In this document: piece after piece, positions 1 through 9,707 of the stretch
Position numbering within the stretch: the first letter of the stretch is position 1
Layout of the letters: every line of letters begins with the position of its first letter
Source of the DNA: an uncultured Chloroflexia bacterium
GTDB lineage: Bacteria > Chloroflexota > Limnocylindria > Limnocylindrales > CSP1-4
DNA length: 64,000 nucleotides
NCBI GenBank assembly: GCA_963696405.1
Contig: CAVOJY010000002.1
Location: forward strand, 259,803-323,802
Direction of reading: 5' to 3'
Notes under the pieces: model-generated
What the model was told of the DNA's origin: nothing
The model's input: the letters and a program-made list of their open reading frames with translations, nothing else
Databases searched by the model: none
Made by a program: the position numbers and the translations under genes

Positions 1-101
1 GGCCCGCCTCGAGCGCCTCGCCATGGCCCGGGCGGATTCGTCCGAACGGAGTCGTGGAAGAGCGAAACGGCGGGGACCAGCCGGCGAAGGGCCGGGGACT
101 C

Positions 102-467
102 CTACAGCTTGACGACGCCCGCCACGTCGATGACGAGCCAGAGAACGACCATGACGCCGAAGATGGCGGCGGCGAACCGGCCGATCCGGCGCAGGTCCTG
201 GTTCACGTAGGCGTACTCGGTCGACGCCCTTGCGGCCAGCAGCCCGGCGCCCCTTGTGGCGCCGGTGGTCGCGGACCCGCGGGAGGCCCTGGCGGCACGA
301 GGCACCACGGGTTCAGCGACGGCCTCCGCGGCGGACTCGGCGAGGTCGAGGTCGGCCGCGTCAGCAGGCTTCGGTGGCGCGGGTGTCTTCGATGCCGGTC
401 GCTGGACTGGCGGGCGGTATCCGGGCCGGGCCCGGTTCGACCGCGAGCCGCGGGTGCGCTTGCTCAT
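102..467 (-). CDS. hypothetical small tail-anchored membrane protein
   Basis: ATG at 467 lies inside the 102..1799 ORF; the rest of that ORF is an antisense shadow of the helicase gene. 121 aa with a basic/Pro-rich N-terminus and one C-terminal hydrophobic helix AAIFGVMVVLWLVIDVAGVV. GAGGA about 10 nt upstream. Confidence 0.45.
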   Translation of the reverse strand: MSKRTRGSRSNRARPGYRPPVQRPASKTPAPPKPADAADLDLAESAAEAVAEPVVPRAARASRGSATTGATRGAGLLAARASTEYAYVNQDLRRIGRFAAAIFGVMVVLWLVIDVAGVVKL

Positions 468-608
468 GGGTGGTGGGGTCCTCGGTCGATGTGAGCGCTC
501 GGCGGGCCACGCCGGGCGGCGCCCGGAGACCCGTTTCCGGTGCGGAAGCATACCATCGCCGGCGGGTGTGACGAAGGAGCTGTCACGGCCGGCCGCTAGC
601 GTGGCGTC

Positions 609-3600
609 ATGGAGCCATCGACGACCGCTGTCGAGCCATCGACGACCGCTGCCGATCCCGCGGCCGCGCTGCTTTCGGGCCTGAACGCCGCCCAGCGACG
701 CGCAGTCACGCACGGCGAGGGGCCACTGCTCGTCGTGGCCGGACCGGGGACCGGGAAGACGCAGGTCATCACGCGTCGGGTGGCCTGGCTCATCGCCACC
801 CGACGCGCCAGGCCGTCGGAGATCCTCGCCCTCACCTTCACGGACCGGGCCGCGGACGAGATGCAGGGTCGGGTTGACGAGCTGGTGCCGTACGGGTACG
901 TGGACTCGGTGATCAGCACGTTCCACGCCTTCGGCGACCGGCTCGTGCGAGAGTACGCCCTCGAACTCGGGTTCCCGACAGACGCCCGGGTGCTGTCCAG
1001 GCCGGAGGTCGTGGTCTTCCTCCGCGAGCATCTCTTCGAGCTCGACCTTGACGAGTACCGCCCGCTCGGCGATCCCACCCGGTTCCTCGAGGCGCTCACG
1101 TCCCTCTTCTCGCGCTGCAAGGACGAGGACATCTCCCCGGAGGCGTTCCTGGCTCACGCCGAGGCGCTCTCGATGGATGACGCGACCGATGCCGCAGAGC
1201 GGCGGCGCCAACTCGAGCTGGGAGGCGCCTACTCCCGGTACCAGGAACTCATGGGGCGGGCCGGTCACGTGGATTTCGGGGACCAGGTCGCGCTTGCCCT
1301 TCGCCTGCTCCGCGATCATCCGGCCGCCCGGCGCGAGGTCGAGGCCCGGTTTCGGTACATCCTCGTGGACGAGTTCCAGGACACGAACCGGGCGCAATGG
1401 GAGCTTGTCAGCCTCCTCGCGTCCGGCCACCGGAACGTCATGGTCGTGGGCGACGACGACCAGGCGATCTACCGGTTCCGCGGCGCCGCCCTCGGGAACA
1501 TCCTGGGGTTCAGGCGGCGGTTCCCGCGGGCCCGGCGAATCGTCCTCCGCCGGAACTACCGCTCGCTGGCCCCGATTCTCGAGACCAGCCACAGGCTCAT
1601 CCGGCTCAACGACCCTGAGCGACTCGAGGTTCGCGAGCGCATCTCGAAGCGACTGGTGGCCCATCGACGCGCCCCGGGCGCGGCTGGTCGCGGTCCGGCC
1701 ATCGCCGTCCGCGCCTTCGGGACTTCGGCCGAGGAGGCCGACTGGGTGGCGGGCGAGATCGCACGCCGCGTGGCGGGCGGCGCGGCCCCTCGGGACCATG
1801 CCGTCCTCGTACGGTCGAATGCAGAGGCGGACCCTTTCCTGCGCAGCCTGAACCTGGCGGGGATCCCGTGGCGGTTCAGCGGTGCGTCGGGGCTCTATGC
1901 CCGGCCCGAGGTACGCGAGCTGCTCTCGTTCCTGCGAGCCGTCGCGGACCCGTCGTCCACGCCGGACCTCTACGCCCTGGCGGCGTCCGCGCCGTACCGG
2001 CTCGGCGGTATCGACCTGACGGCGCTGCTGGCCCTCGGGCGACGAACGGGTCGCTCGCTCTGGGACGTGCTCGCGTCGGGCGATGGCGACACTGGGTCCC
2101 TGCGCCTGTCACCGCCCGGTAGCGCGGCCGTCAAGCGGCTCGTCGCGGATGTTCGGCGGTACGCCGAGCTCTCCCACGAGCGGCCGGCCGGCGAGGTGCT
2201 CTACCGGTTCCTCATGGAGAGCGGCCGTCTCGCGGCGTTCGCCGAAACCGGGACGACCGCGGCCGAGGAGGCCCTCCTCAACACCGCCCGGTTCTTCGAG
2301 CTCGTGCGGGCTCAGTCGGCGCTCCTGCCAGATGCACGGATCCCGCTGCTCGTGCCCCGCATGCAGACGCTCATCGCCGCCGGCGACGACCCGGCGAGCG
2401 CGGAGCTCGACCCGGATGCCGACGCCGTTGCGGTGCTCACGGCCCACAAGGCAAAGGGGCTCGAGTTCCCCGTCGTCTTCATGGTTGGGCTGGTCGAGGG
2501 GCGCTTCCCGGTGACCGGACGCCGGGATCGACTGACCCCGCCCGATGCCCTCCTCCGTGACGAGGCACCCGCCTCTGCGGACGGTGCCGACGAGGAGCGC
2601 CGGCTCTTCTACGTCGGGATGACGCGGGCGCGCGACGAGCTGGTGCTCACGTACGCTGCCGACTGCGGAGGCCACCGGACGCGCCGGGTCTCCCGGTTCG
2701 TCCTCGAGGCGCTCGACCTCCCGCGTGCCTCGGTCGAGCGTCCGCAGGAGCCTGCTCCGCTGGCGCGAGTCATGGGCCTCGACGGGAATACCCCGCGCGG
2801 GCCGTCGGGCGGGGTGCGCGCGAACTGCGACGCCAAGCGTCCAGGGACGGCCCGGCGGGCGGCCGGCGCGGGACGCCGCCTGTCGCTCAGCCACTACCAG
2901 GTGGACGACTACCTCGCCTGCCCGGCGAAGTACCGCTACGTACACGTTGTCGGCGTACCGGTGGCGCCGCACCACTCGATCGTCTACGGTTCCGCGCTCC
3001 ACGGGGCCGTCCAGGAGTTCCACCGCCGGCAGATGCGCGGCCTGCCCACAGACGAGGCGGCTGTGCTGGATGCCTTCGAGCGGGCCTGGACAAACGAGGG
3101 CTTCCTGAGCCGCGACCACGAGGAGGCGCGGCTCGCGGCCGGACGCGAGGCGCTCCGGCGGTTCCTCGCGGCGCAGGCAGGACCGGGAGCGGTTGTGCCA
3201 GTGCACGTGGAGCGGGAGTTCAGTTTCGAACTCGACGGAGATCGCGTCCGCGGCCGGTGGGACCGGGTGGATGTCGAGCCCTCCGGCAACGGCCGCACGA
3301 CCGACCGGGTGACGATCACCGACTACAAGGCGAGCGACGTACGCGACCCGGCGAAGGCCCGCGAGCGGGCGCGCGCGTCGCTGCAGCTTTCCATCTACGC
3401 TCTCGCCTGGCACGAGATCCACGGCCGTGCCCCGGACGCCGTGCAGCTCTACTTCCTCGATTCCGGGTTGGTCGGGCGCGCCGGGGTGGATGAACGGCGC
3501 CTGGAGAAAGCCCGTGAGGCTATCCGGCGGGCCGCCGCCGGGATCCGGGCAGGCGACTTCGCCGCAACGCCCGGCCGGGTGACGTGCTCGTACTGCCCGT

Positions 3601-3635
3601 TCCGTGACATCTGCCCCCAGAGCGCGGGCCGCTGA
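609..3635 (+). CDS. UvrD/PcrA-family ATP-dependent DNA helicase fused to a C-terminal PD-(D/E)XK (RecB/Cas4/AddB-type, four-Cys) nuclease domain
   Basis: Intact 1008-aa ORF. Helicase motifs: Walker A GPGTGKT, DEFQDTN, VVGDDDQAIYRFRGA, TAHKAKGLEFPVVF. C-terminal nuclease-like region has one upstream Cys (YLACPAKY) plus CSYCPFRDIC (C-x2-C-x5-C). Confidence 0.85.
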   Translation: MEPSTTAVEPSTTAADPAAALLSGLNAAQRRAVTHGEGPLLVVAGPGTGKTQVITRRVAWLIATRRARPSEILALTFTDRAADEMQGRVDELVPYGYVDSVISTFHAFGDRLVREYALELGFPTDARVLSRPEVVVFLREHLFELDLDEYRPLGDPTRFLEALTSLFSRCKDEDISPEAFLAHAEALSMDDATDAAERRRQLELGGAYSRYQELMGRAGHVDFGDQVALALRLLRDHPAARREVEARFRYILVDEFQDTNRAQWELVSLLASGHRNVMVVGDDDQAIYRFRGAALGNILGFRRRFPRARRIVLRRNYRSLAPILETSHRLIRLNDPERLEVRERISKRLVAHRRAPGAAGRGPAIAVRAFGTSAEEADWVAGEIARRVAGGAAPRDHAVLVRSNAEADPFLRSLNLAGIPWRFSGASGLYARPEVRELLSFLRAVADPSSTPDLYALAASAPYRLGGIDLTALLALGRRTGRSLWDVLASGDGDTGSLRLSPPGSAAVKRLVADVRRYAELSHERPAGEVLYRFLMESGRLAAFAETGTTAAEEALLNTARFFELVRAQSALLPDARIPLLVPRMQTLIAAGDDPASAELDPDADAVAVLTAHKAKGLEFPVVFMVGLVEGRFPVTGRRDRLTPPDALLRDEAPASADGADEERRLFYVGMTRARDELVLTYAADCGGHRTRRVSRFVLEALDLPRASVERPQEPAPLARVMGLDGNTPRGPSGGVRANCDAKRPGTARRAAGAGRRLSLSHYQVDDYLACPAKYRYVHVVGVPVAPHHSIVYGSALHGAVQEFHRRQMRGLPTDEAAVLDAFERAWTNEGFLSRDHEEARLAAGREALRRFLAAQAGPGAVVPVHVEREFSFELDGDRVRGRWDRVDVEPSGNGRTTDRVTITDYKASDVRDPAKARERARASLQLSIYALAWHEIHGRAPDAVQLYFLDSGLVGRAGVDERRLEKAREAIRRAAAGIRAGDFAATPGRVTCSYCPFRDICPQSAGR
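612..653 (+). repeat. in-frame 21-bp tandem duplication (2 copies, 20/21 identical) at the helicase N-terminus
   Basis: gagccatcgacgaccgctgtc / gagccatcgacgaccgctgcc, encoding EPSTTAV-EPSTTAA. Confidence 0.9.
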
Positions 3636-3639
3636 CGCC

Positions 3640-4068
3640 ATGCGGAACGGGGCCGCCAGCGCGGCGTCGCGGTGGGTCACTAGACTCCATCTCGTGGAGT
3701 CGCGCGACCGCCTGCTCAACCTCGCCCTCCTCGGCGCTGCGGTCGCGACGTGGGTGCTCGTGGGGTTTCTCGGGCTGCGGTACTCGCCGAGGGACGATCC
3801 GTCCGTTCAGTTTCTCGGCGCCGCGCTCATCGGCACGGCTGCCGGGCTGACCGCGACGCCGCTCCTGTGGCTTGCCGGGTTCGCGCGCCATCGCCGGATC
3901 GCCTACCGAGGGGACTGGTTCCGCGCGACGCGGCGCGGACTGTGGGTCGGGTTCCTTGCCGCCCTCTATGTCATCCTCCGTGCGCAGGACGCGTTCAGCC
4001 TGCCGCTCCTCCTCTTCGTGGTCGTTCTCGTGCTCATCGTCGAGTTGAGCCTGAGCGTCGAGCGGTGA
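3640..4068 (+). CDS. hypothetical integral membrane protein
   Basis: Four hydrophobic segments (LALLGAAVATWVLVGFLGL, LGAALIGTAAGLTATPLLWLAGF, LWVGFLAALYVIL, LLLFVVVLVLIV). ATG at 3640. Alternative leaderless-type start GTG 3694, 7 nt after TAGACT (3681-3686). Confidence 0.55.
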   Translation: MRNGAASAASRWVTRLHLVESRDRLLNLALLGAAVATWVLVGFLGLRYSPRDDPSVQFLGAALIGTAAGLTATPLLWLAGFARHRRIAYRGDWFRATRRGLWVGFLAALYVILRAQDAFSLPLLLFVVVLVLIVELSLSVER

Positions 4069-4141
4069 GCAGGCCTAAGAATCCGCCCGCCCTCGTATCC
4101 GCCATTCCTTGCCTGGGTCTCATCCTGACGGAGAAGCGACC

Positions 4142-5344
4142 GTGGATCTTACCGCCTACCATCCGGCTGAACCCCACGCGGAGGCGAAGCGGCGCCTGGC
4201 CGCCGCCGTGCAGGCGGCGCGAGGCGAGATCCTCGACCTCTCGCGTCGCGTCCACGCGAACCCCGAGCCGGCGTTCGAGGAGCACCTCGCCGCGGCGTGG
4301 GTTGCCGAGACGATGGCGCGCCATGGGTACGAGGTGGAGCACCCGGCGGGATCGCTCGATACCGCCGTCCGTGGCCGCCTTCGGGGCGGGGGAGGGGACG
4401 GCCCGCGGGTCGGCATCCTCGCCGAGTACGACGCGCTGCCCGGGATCGGTCACGCATGCGGTCACAACACGATGGCGGCGAGCGGCGTGGGCGCCGCCAT
4501 CGCCCTCGCCGCCGTGTCCGCGGACCTGCCGGGCGAGGTCGTCTTCCTCGGCACACCGGCCGAGGAGCGCGGCTCGGGCAAGGAGATCATGATCCGGGAC
4601 GGCCTCTTCGACGGCCTGGACGCCGCGCTCCTGTTCCATCCCGGCGACATCAACGAGGTCGAGGCCGTGCTCCTGGCGAGCGAGGACGTCGACGTCGTCT
4701 TCACCGGGAAGGCGGCGCACGCGGCGTCGGAGCCGTGGGATGGCCTCAATGCGCTCGACGCGCTCGTCCTCCTCTTCGCCTCGATCGGTCTCTGGCGGCA
4801 GCAGCTCCATCCCGATGCCCGCGTCCATGGAATCGTCCTCGAGGGCGGCGAGGCGGCTAACGTCATTCCCGAACGCACAGCCGCGCGGTTCATGATCCGG
4901 TCCTCCGACGAGGGCCGGTTCGCTGCAATGCGCGAGCGCTTTGGCGACCTCGTCCGTGCGGCGGCACTCGCCACCGGCTGCAGCGGTACGGCGACGCACT
5001 CCGGCATGTCACGGACGATGCGCCACAACCGTGTCCTCGGCGGCCGTTTCGTCGCCAACATGGCCGCGTACGGGCTCGCCGAGGACCCACCCACGGGCAA
5101 CCGGGGCAGCTCCGACATGGGCAACGTCAGCCACGTCTGCCCGACGATCCACCCCACGCTCGCGATCTGTGAGCGTGGCACGCCCGGCCACTCGATCGAG
5201 TTCCGCGAGGCCGCTGCGTCAGCACGAGCCGAGGACGTGACCCTGCTCGCTGCCACCATCGTGGCCCAGACGGCATACGAGCTCCTCGCCGACCCCGACC
5301 TCGTGGCGGCCGCGTGGAGAGAGTTCCACGAGGGCACGCGGTGA
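4142..5344 (+). CDS. M20D-family amidohydrolase (aminoacylase / aminobenzoyl-glutamate hydrolase-like)
   Basis: Motifs HANPEPAFEE and AEYDALPGIGHACGHN. GGAGAA lies 7 nt before GTG 4142; the ORF opens at TTG 4109. Confidence 0.85.
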   Translation: MDLTAYHPAEPHAEAKRRLAAAVQAARGEILDLSRRVHANPEPAFEEHLAAAWVAETMARHGYEVEHPAGSLDTAVRGRLRGGGGDGPRVGILAEYDALPGIGHACGHNTMAASGVGAAIALAAVSADLPGEVVFLGTPAEERGSGKEIMIRDGLFDGLDAALLFHPGDINEVEAVLLASEDVDVVFTGKAAHAASEPWDGLNALDALVLLFASIGLWRQQLHPDARVHGIVLEGGEAANVIPERTAARFMIRSSDEGRFAAMRERFGDLVRAAALATGCSGTATHSGMSRTMRHNRVLGGRFVANMAAYGLAEDPPTGNRGSSDMGNVSHVCPTIHPTLAICERGTPGHSIEFREAAASARAEDVTLLAATIVAQTAYELLADPDLVAAAWREFHEGTR

Positions 5345-6174
5345 TCTCGTCGTCCGACGGGGCGGCTTTGGCCCGCCTCTACGACCTCGACCTCGCGATC
5401 GATCCCGGTGACCTCGACCTCTACCGGGCGCTCGCGTCGAGGACCGGCGGTCCGGTACTGGAGCTGGCGGTCGGGACCGGGCGGCTCGCCGTCCCGCTCG
5501 CCGTGGAGGGTCACGAGGTCGTGGGAATCGACCGGGACGCAGCCATGCTCGCCCGTGCGGACGAGCGCTGGCGCGCGGAACGAGCGGCAGGTTCGGTCCG
5601 GGCCGGTGGCTCGCTCGAGCTGGTCGCGGGCGACCTGTTCGCCGCCGACCACGGGCCCCGGTTCGGGCTCGTGGTCCTGGCCCTCAACTCACTCCTCCTG
5701 CTCGGCAGCACTTCGCGCCAGGCGGATGCTCTCGGCGTGATGGCACGGCACCTTCGGCCGGAAGGCGTCGCGGTCGTCGATGTCGTGGTGCCGGACGCGG
5801 GCGCCCTCGCTGCGTACGACGGACGTTTGTCGCTCGAGTGGGTGCGCGAGGATCCGAGGACCGGCGACCACGTCGCGAAGTTCATGAGCGCGGTCTACGA
5901 GCCGGCCGCCCGCCGCGTCGAGCTGACCACGATCTTCGAGCGTGCCCCCGTCCAGGGCGGCACGGTCACCCGCCATGTTCGCCAGGACGTTCTTCACCTC
6001 CTGAGCGTCGATGAGCTGCTCCGCGCGGCCGCCGACGCGGGCCTCGAAGTGGAGGCCCTTGGCGCGGACTACGAGCTGACACCGCTCGGGCCGGGCGCCG
6101 ACCGGGCGATTCTCGTTGCCCGGCCGCGACCACGGACCGGAACCGGGCCTCAGGAGCCCGGGCGCTTGGTATAG
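5341..6174 (+). CDS. class I SAM-dependent methyltransferase
   Basis: SAM-binding motif VLELAVGTGRLAVPLAVEGHEVVGIDRD. GTG 5341 overlaps the upstream stop (GTGA), with GAGGG 6 nt upstream. Confidence 0.8.
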   Translation: MISSSDGAALARLYDLDLAIDPGDLDLYRALASRTGGPVLELAVGTGRLAVPLAVEGHEVVGIDRDAAMLARADERWRAERAAGSVRAGGSLELVAGDLFAADHGPRFGLVVLALNSLLLLGSTSRQADALGVMARHLRPEGVAVVDVVVPDAGALAAYDGRLSLEWVREDPRTGDHVAKFMSAVYEPAARRVELTTIFERAPVQGGTVTRHVRQDVLHLLSVDELLRAAADAGLEVEALGADYELTPLGPGADRAILVARPRPRTGTGPQEPGRLV

Positions 6175-6181
6175 TCCGAAC

Positions 6182-7345
6182 GTGCCAGCTGCGTCGAGCG
6201 AGATCCGGATCGTCCTCGTCGAGGACGTGCCGCAGATTGCGCAGTACGTCCGCGGCCTCATCGCCGCCGCTCGCCAGCTCACGCTGGTCGATCACATCGC
6301 GGCCGGTCGCGATGCGCTCGAGCGGATCCCCCAGCTGCGCCCCGACGTCGTCATCGTGGACGCGCTCCTGCAGGGGAAGATGAAGGGTCTCGACCTCGCG
6401 CAATCCCTGCGCAAGGCCGGGCTCCCGCTCTCGATCGTCGTGATCTCGGTGCCGCAGCAGCCCGTGGCCGTGGATACGAAACGCGGCATCGACGCCGTCC
6501 TGCAGATGCCGTTCACCGGCTACGAGATGGCCCTTCTCCTCCAGCGCACCCACGACGAGCGGCGCTCCCGCGTGTCGGGGGTGGGCCCGGTGGTCATCGC
6601 GGTCTACGCGCCGAAGGGCGGCGTGGGAAAGACGACCATAGCGTTCAACCTTGCGGTGGCGATGGCCCAGCGGGTCGGACGGCGGACGGCGCTCGTCGAC
6701 GGGAGTCTCCAGTTCGGCGACCTCCGCGCCTTCATGCGGGTGCCCGCCGACGCACCATCGATCTTCGACCTTCCGACCGACCGGATCCAGGAGGCCGACT
6801 TCACGAGCGTCCTGTGGCGCGACCCCTCCGGTGTGGACATCCTCCTCGCCCCGCCCCGCGTCGAGATGGCCGAGATGATCTCCGCGGCCGATATCGAGAA
6901 GGCGATGTCGTTCCTTCGTCGCCTCTACGACGCGATCGTCATCGACACGCCGTCCACCCTCAACGACACGACGCTCGCTCTCCTCGACGGCAGCGACGTC
7001 GTGCTCCAGATCGTCACCTTCGACCACACGACGATCCGGAACACCGTGGTCGCAGCAGAGGCATTCCGGGCGATGGGCTACCCCCCGGAGCGGGTCCGGT
7101 ACGTCGTGAACCGGTCCGACGCCTCGGCAGGGATGGATCCCTCGACGGTCGACCAGGCGCTCGGCCGCCGCCCGGAGTTCACGGTCGTGAGCGATGGCAA
7201 GCTGGTGGTCGAGTCCAACAACCAGGGTGTGCCCTTCGTGCTGGCCGCGCCCGACGCCAAGATCAGCCTCGATGTCGTGCGGATCGCCACCGAGCTGGCG
7301 GCGATGCCGAGAACAGCGACCACCGCCGGTCGGGGGGCAGGCTGA
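6182..7345 (+). CDS. response-regulator receiver domain fused to a CpaE/MinD/ParA-like P-loop ATPase
   Basis: N-terminal REC (IRIVLVEDVP...DVVIVDALL) and deviant Walker A VYAPKGGVGKTTIAFNLA. An extended -10 (TGG-TATAGT, 6167-6175) lies 6 nt before GTG 6182 with no SD, suggesting a leaderless start. Confidence 0.8.
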   Translation: MPAASSEIRIVLVEDVPQIAQYVRGLIAAARQLTLVDHIAAGRDALERIPQLRPDVVIVDALLQGKMKGLDLAQSLRKAGLPLSIVVISVPQQPVAVDTKRGIDAVLQMPFTGYEMALLLQRTHDERRSRVSGVGPVVIAVYAPKGGVGKTTIAFNLAVAMAQRVGRRTALVDGSLQFGDLRAFMRVPADAPSIFDLPTDRIQEADFTSVLWRDPSGVDILLAPPRVEMAEMISAADIEKAMSFLRRLYDAIVIDTPSTLNDTTLALLDGSDVVLQIVTFDHTTIRNTVVAAEAFRAMGYPPERVRYVVNRSDASAGMDPSTVDQALGRRPEFTVVSDGKLVVESNNQGVPFVLAAPDAKISLDVVRIATELAAMPRTATTAGRGAG

Positions 7346-7470
7346 CGGTCCCCCCGCGGCGCGCCGCGCGCGACCGGGAGTGGCGTGCAGGTCTCCTGGT
7401 TGGCACGCTCGCCGGCCTTGGCGTCGCCTACCTCGACCGGCGGCTTCGGGCGGCCTCCGCCGGCGGGCTC

Positions 7471-8589
7471 GTGGACTGGCACCGGGCGGAACAGATCGCG
7501 ATCGTCCGGCTCCGGCGCGCGCCGGGATCACTGGACCCGGCCGAGCTGCGGCGTGTCGCGCCGGCCTACGACGAGGCCATGCGCCGGATCGTGCCGGCCC
7601 TGGAGAACGCGCTCGGGACCCACCTCCCCGGGGTCGTCGAGCGACATGCCGTCGTGGATCGCCCCGCGTGGGCGCTGGCGAACCTCGAGGTCTTCCGGTC
7701 CATCTACAGCCGCATCGAGGCCGCGCTCGGCGATCAGCTGGCACCGCGGTCCGGGTCCATCGGCTCCGGGCTGGCGGCCGCGGCGAACCGGCAGGTCGCG
7801 ACCCAGCAGGTCGCGTTCTTCCTCGGTTACCTCGGTACACGCGTCCTCGGCCAGTACGACATCGCGCTCCTCTCGGCCGAGGCGCACCCCGGTCAGCTCC
7901 TCTTCGTCGAGGAGAACATCCGCTCGACCGCGGCGAAGATCGGCGTGCCCGTGGCCGACTTCCGGACGTGGGTGGCCCTCCATGAGACGACCCACGCGTT
8001 CGAGTTCGAAGCGCATCCGTGGGTCCGCGCCTATCTCGCAGACCGCCTCGAGCGACAGCTGGCGAGCCTCGTGGAGGAGGCCCAGCTGCTCGGCGTGGAG
8101 GGCATTCGACGCCTCGTCCGGCGGTGGCGGAGCACGCGCTCCGCGGCCGGGCAGAGCGGCGCGGACCGCGCGGGCGGGCTGATCGGCGGCATTCTGACCG
8201 ACGAGCAGCGCCGCCTCTGGCGCGAGGTGCAGGTGGCGATGAGCCTGCTCGAGGGCTTCAGCGACTGGGTCATGGACCGCGTCGGTGCCGAGTTCATCCC
8301 GAACGTCGCCGACCTCCGGCGCCGCTTCGAGGAGCGCCGCGGGGCGCCGCGTTCGGCCTTCGACCGGTTCGTGTCGCGCCTCACGGGCATGGACCTCAAG
8401 CTCGAGCAATACCGGCGCGGCGAGCGGTTCGTGGCGGGGGTTGCCGCAATCGGAGGGCCCGCGGCGGTCGCCCGTCTCTGGGACGGGCCCCCGTCGCTGC
8501 CGACCGATCAGGAAATGGCCGATCCGGCGGCGTGGGTGCGCCGGGTGGTCGGTCTGGACGCCTCGGGCACGGGGTCTGCGGGAGGCTGA
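7471..8589 (+). CDS. DUF2342-family putative zinc metalloprotease (F420-biosynthesis-associated hydrolase family)
   Basis: VDW...A N-terminus, HETTHAFEFEAHPW (HExxH-type), WVMDRVG. Start is uncertain: the first canonical in-frame start is GTG 7471, but the frame is open back to a CTG at 7342 overlapping the upstream stop. Confidence 0.7.
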   Translation: MDWHRAEQIAIVRLRRAPGSLDPAELRRVAPAYDEAMRRIVPALENALGTHLPGVVERHAVVDRPAWALANLEVFRSIYSRIEAALGDQLAPRSGSIGSGLAAAANRQVATQQVAFFLGYLGTRVLGQYDIALLSAEAHPGQLLFVEENIRSTAAKIGVPVADFRTWVALHETTHAFEFEAHPWVRAYLADRLERQLASLVEEAQLLGVEGIRRLVRRWRSTRSAAGQSGADRAGGLIGGILTDEQRRLWREVQVAMSLLEGFSDWVMDRVGAEFIPNVADLRRRFEERRGAPRSAFDRFVSRLTGMDLKLEQYRRGERFVAGVAAIGGPAAVARLWDGPPSLPTDQEMADPAAWVRRVVGLDASGTGSAGG

Positions 8590-8591
8590 GC

Positions 8592-9695
8592 ATGCAGATC
8601 GCGATCATCGGCCTGGCCGGGTCGGGCAAATCCACCGTGTTCAACACGCTGACCCGTGGCCACGCCGACACCGGTGGCTACGGGGGCGCAGTCGTGAACG
8701 TCGGCGTCGTGAAGGTGCCGGATGACCGGCTTCCCCAGCTGACCGAGCTCTTCCGGCCGAAGAAGGAGACACCGGCCGACGTGACCTACATCGATCTGCC
8801 GGCGCCGCCCCGGTCGGCCGACCCCCACGACGTGACGTCAGATATGCCGGCCGACCAGCTTGCCCGCCTTCGCACCGCCGATGCCCTCCTCCACGTCGTC
8901 CGTGCCTTCGACGATCCCGCCCATCCTCACCCTGACGGGTCGCTCGATCCGCTTCGGGACATCGAGCGGCTCGAGCTCGAGTTCATCTTCAGCGACCTGT
9001 CACAGGTCGAGCGGCGCGCGGACAGGCTCCGCCAGATGGGCCACCACGGGACGCCCCAGGAGCGGGAGGTGAACGACCGCGAGCTTGCGGTTCACGAGCG
9101 CCTGCTGCCGGTGCTGCACGCGGGCAGGCCGATTCGCGACATGGACCTGGGGGACGACGAGGCCAAGCTCGTCCGCGGGTTCCGGTTCCTGACCGAGAAA
9201 CCCGAGCTGGTCGTTCTCAACATCGGAGAAGAGGACCTGCCGCGGCAGGCCGAGCTGATCGAGCAGGTTGCGTCCCACTTCCCGCACCGGCGGAGCCTGG
9301 TGGACGCGCTCTCGGCCAAAGTGGAGATGGAGCTGAACGAGCTCGATCCCGAAGACGCGGCGGTCTTTCGCGAGGACCTCGGGCTCCACGAGGCGAGCCT
9401 CGACCGGGTGATCCACCTGAGCTACCGGCTGCTCGGGCTCATCAGCTTCTTCACGGGCGGCCCGGAGGAGACACGAGCGTGGACGATCCCGGACGGCGCG
9501 ACCGCGCTCGACGCAGCAGCGGCTATCCACAGTGACCTCGCCCGAGGCTTCATTCGGGCCGAGGTGGTGCATTGGGACGACCTGGTCGCGCTCGGAAGCA
9601 CGGCCGAGGCGCGAAAGGCGGGGAGGCTCCGCTCGGAAGGGAAGACCTACCGCGTCCGGGACGGCGACTACATCACGGTCCTGTTCAACGTCTGA
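8592..9695 (+). CDS. ychF: redox-regulated ribosome-binding ATPase YchF
   Basis: MQIAIIGLAGSGKSTVFN P-loop; C-terminal TGS-like FIRAEVV...YRVRDGDYITVLFNV. GGGAGG SD before ATG 8592. Confidence 0.9.
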   Translation: MQIAIIGLAGSGKSTVFNTLTRGHADTGGYGGAVVNVGVVKVPDDRLPQLTELFRPKKETPADVTYIDLPAPPRSADPHDVTSDMPADQLARLRTADALLHVVRAFDDPAHPHPDGSLDPLRDIERLELEFIFSDLSQVERRADRLRQMGHHGTPQEREVNDRELAVHERLLPVLHAGRPIRDMDLGDDEAKLVRGFRFLTEKPELVVLNIGEEDLPRQAELIEQVASHFPHRRSLVDALSAKVEMELNELDPEDAAVFREDLGLHEASLDRVIHLSYRLLGLISFFTGGPEETRAWTIPDGATALDAAAAIHSDLARGFIRAEVVHWDDLVALGSTAEARKAGRLRSEGKTYRVRDGDYITVLFNV

Positions 9696-9707
9696 TCGCC
9701 GCCCCGT

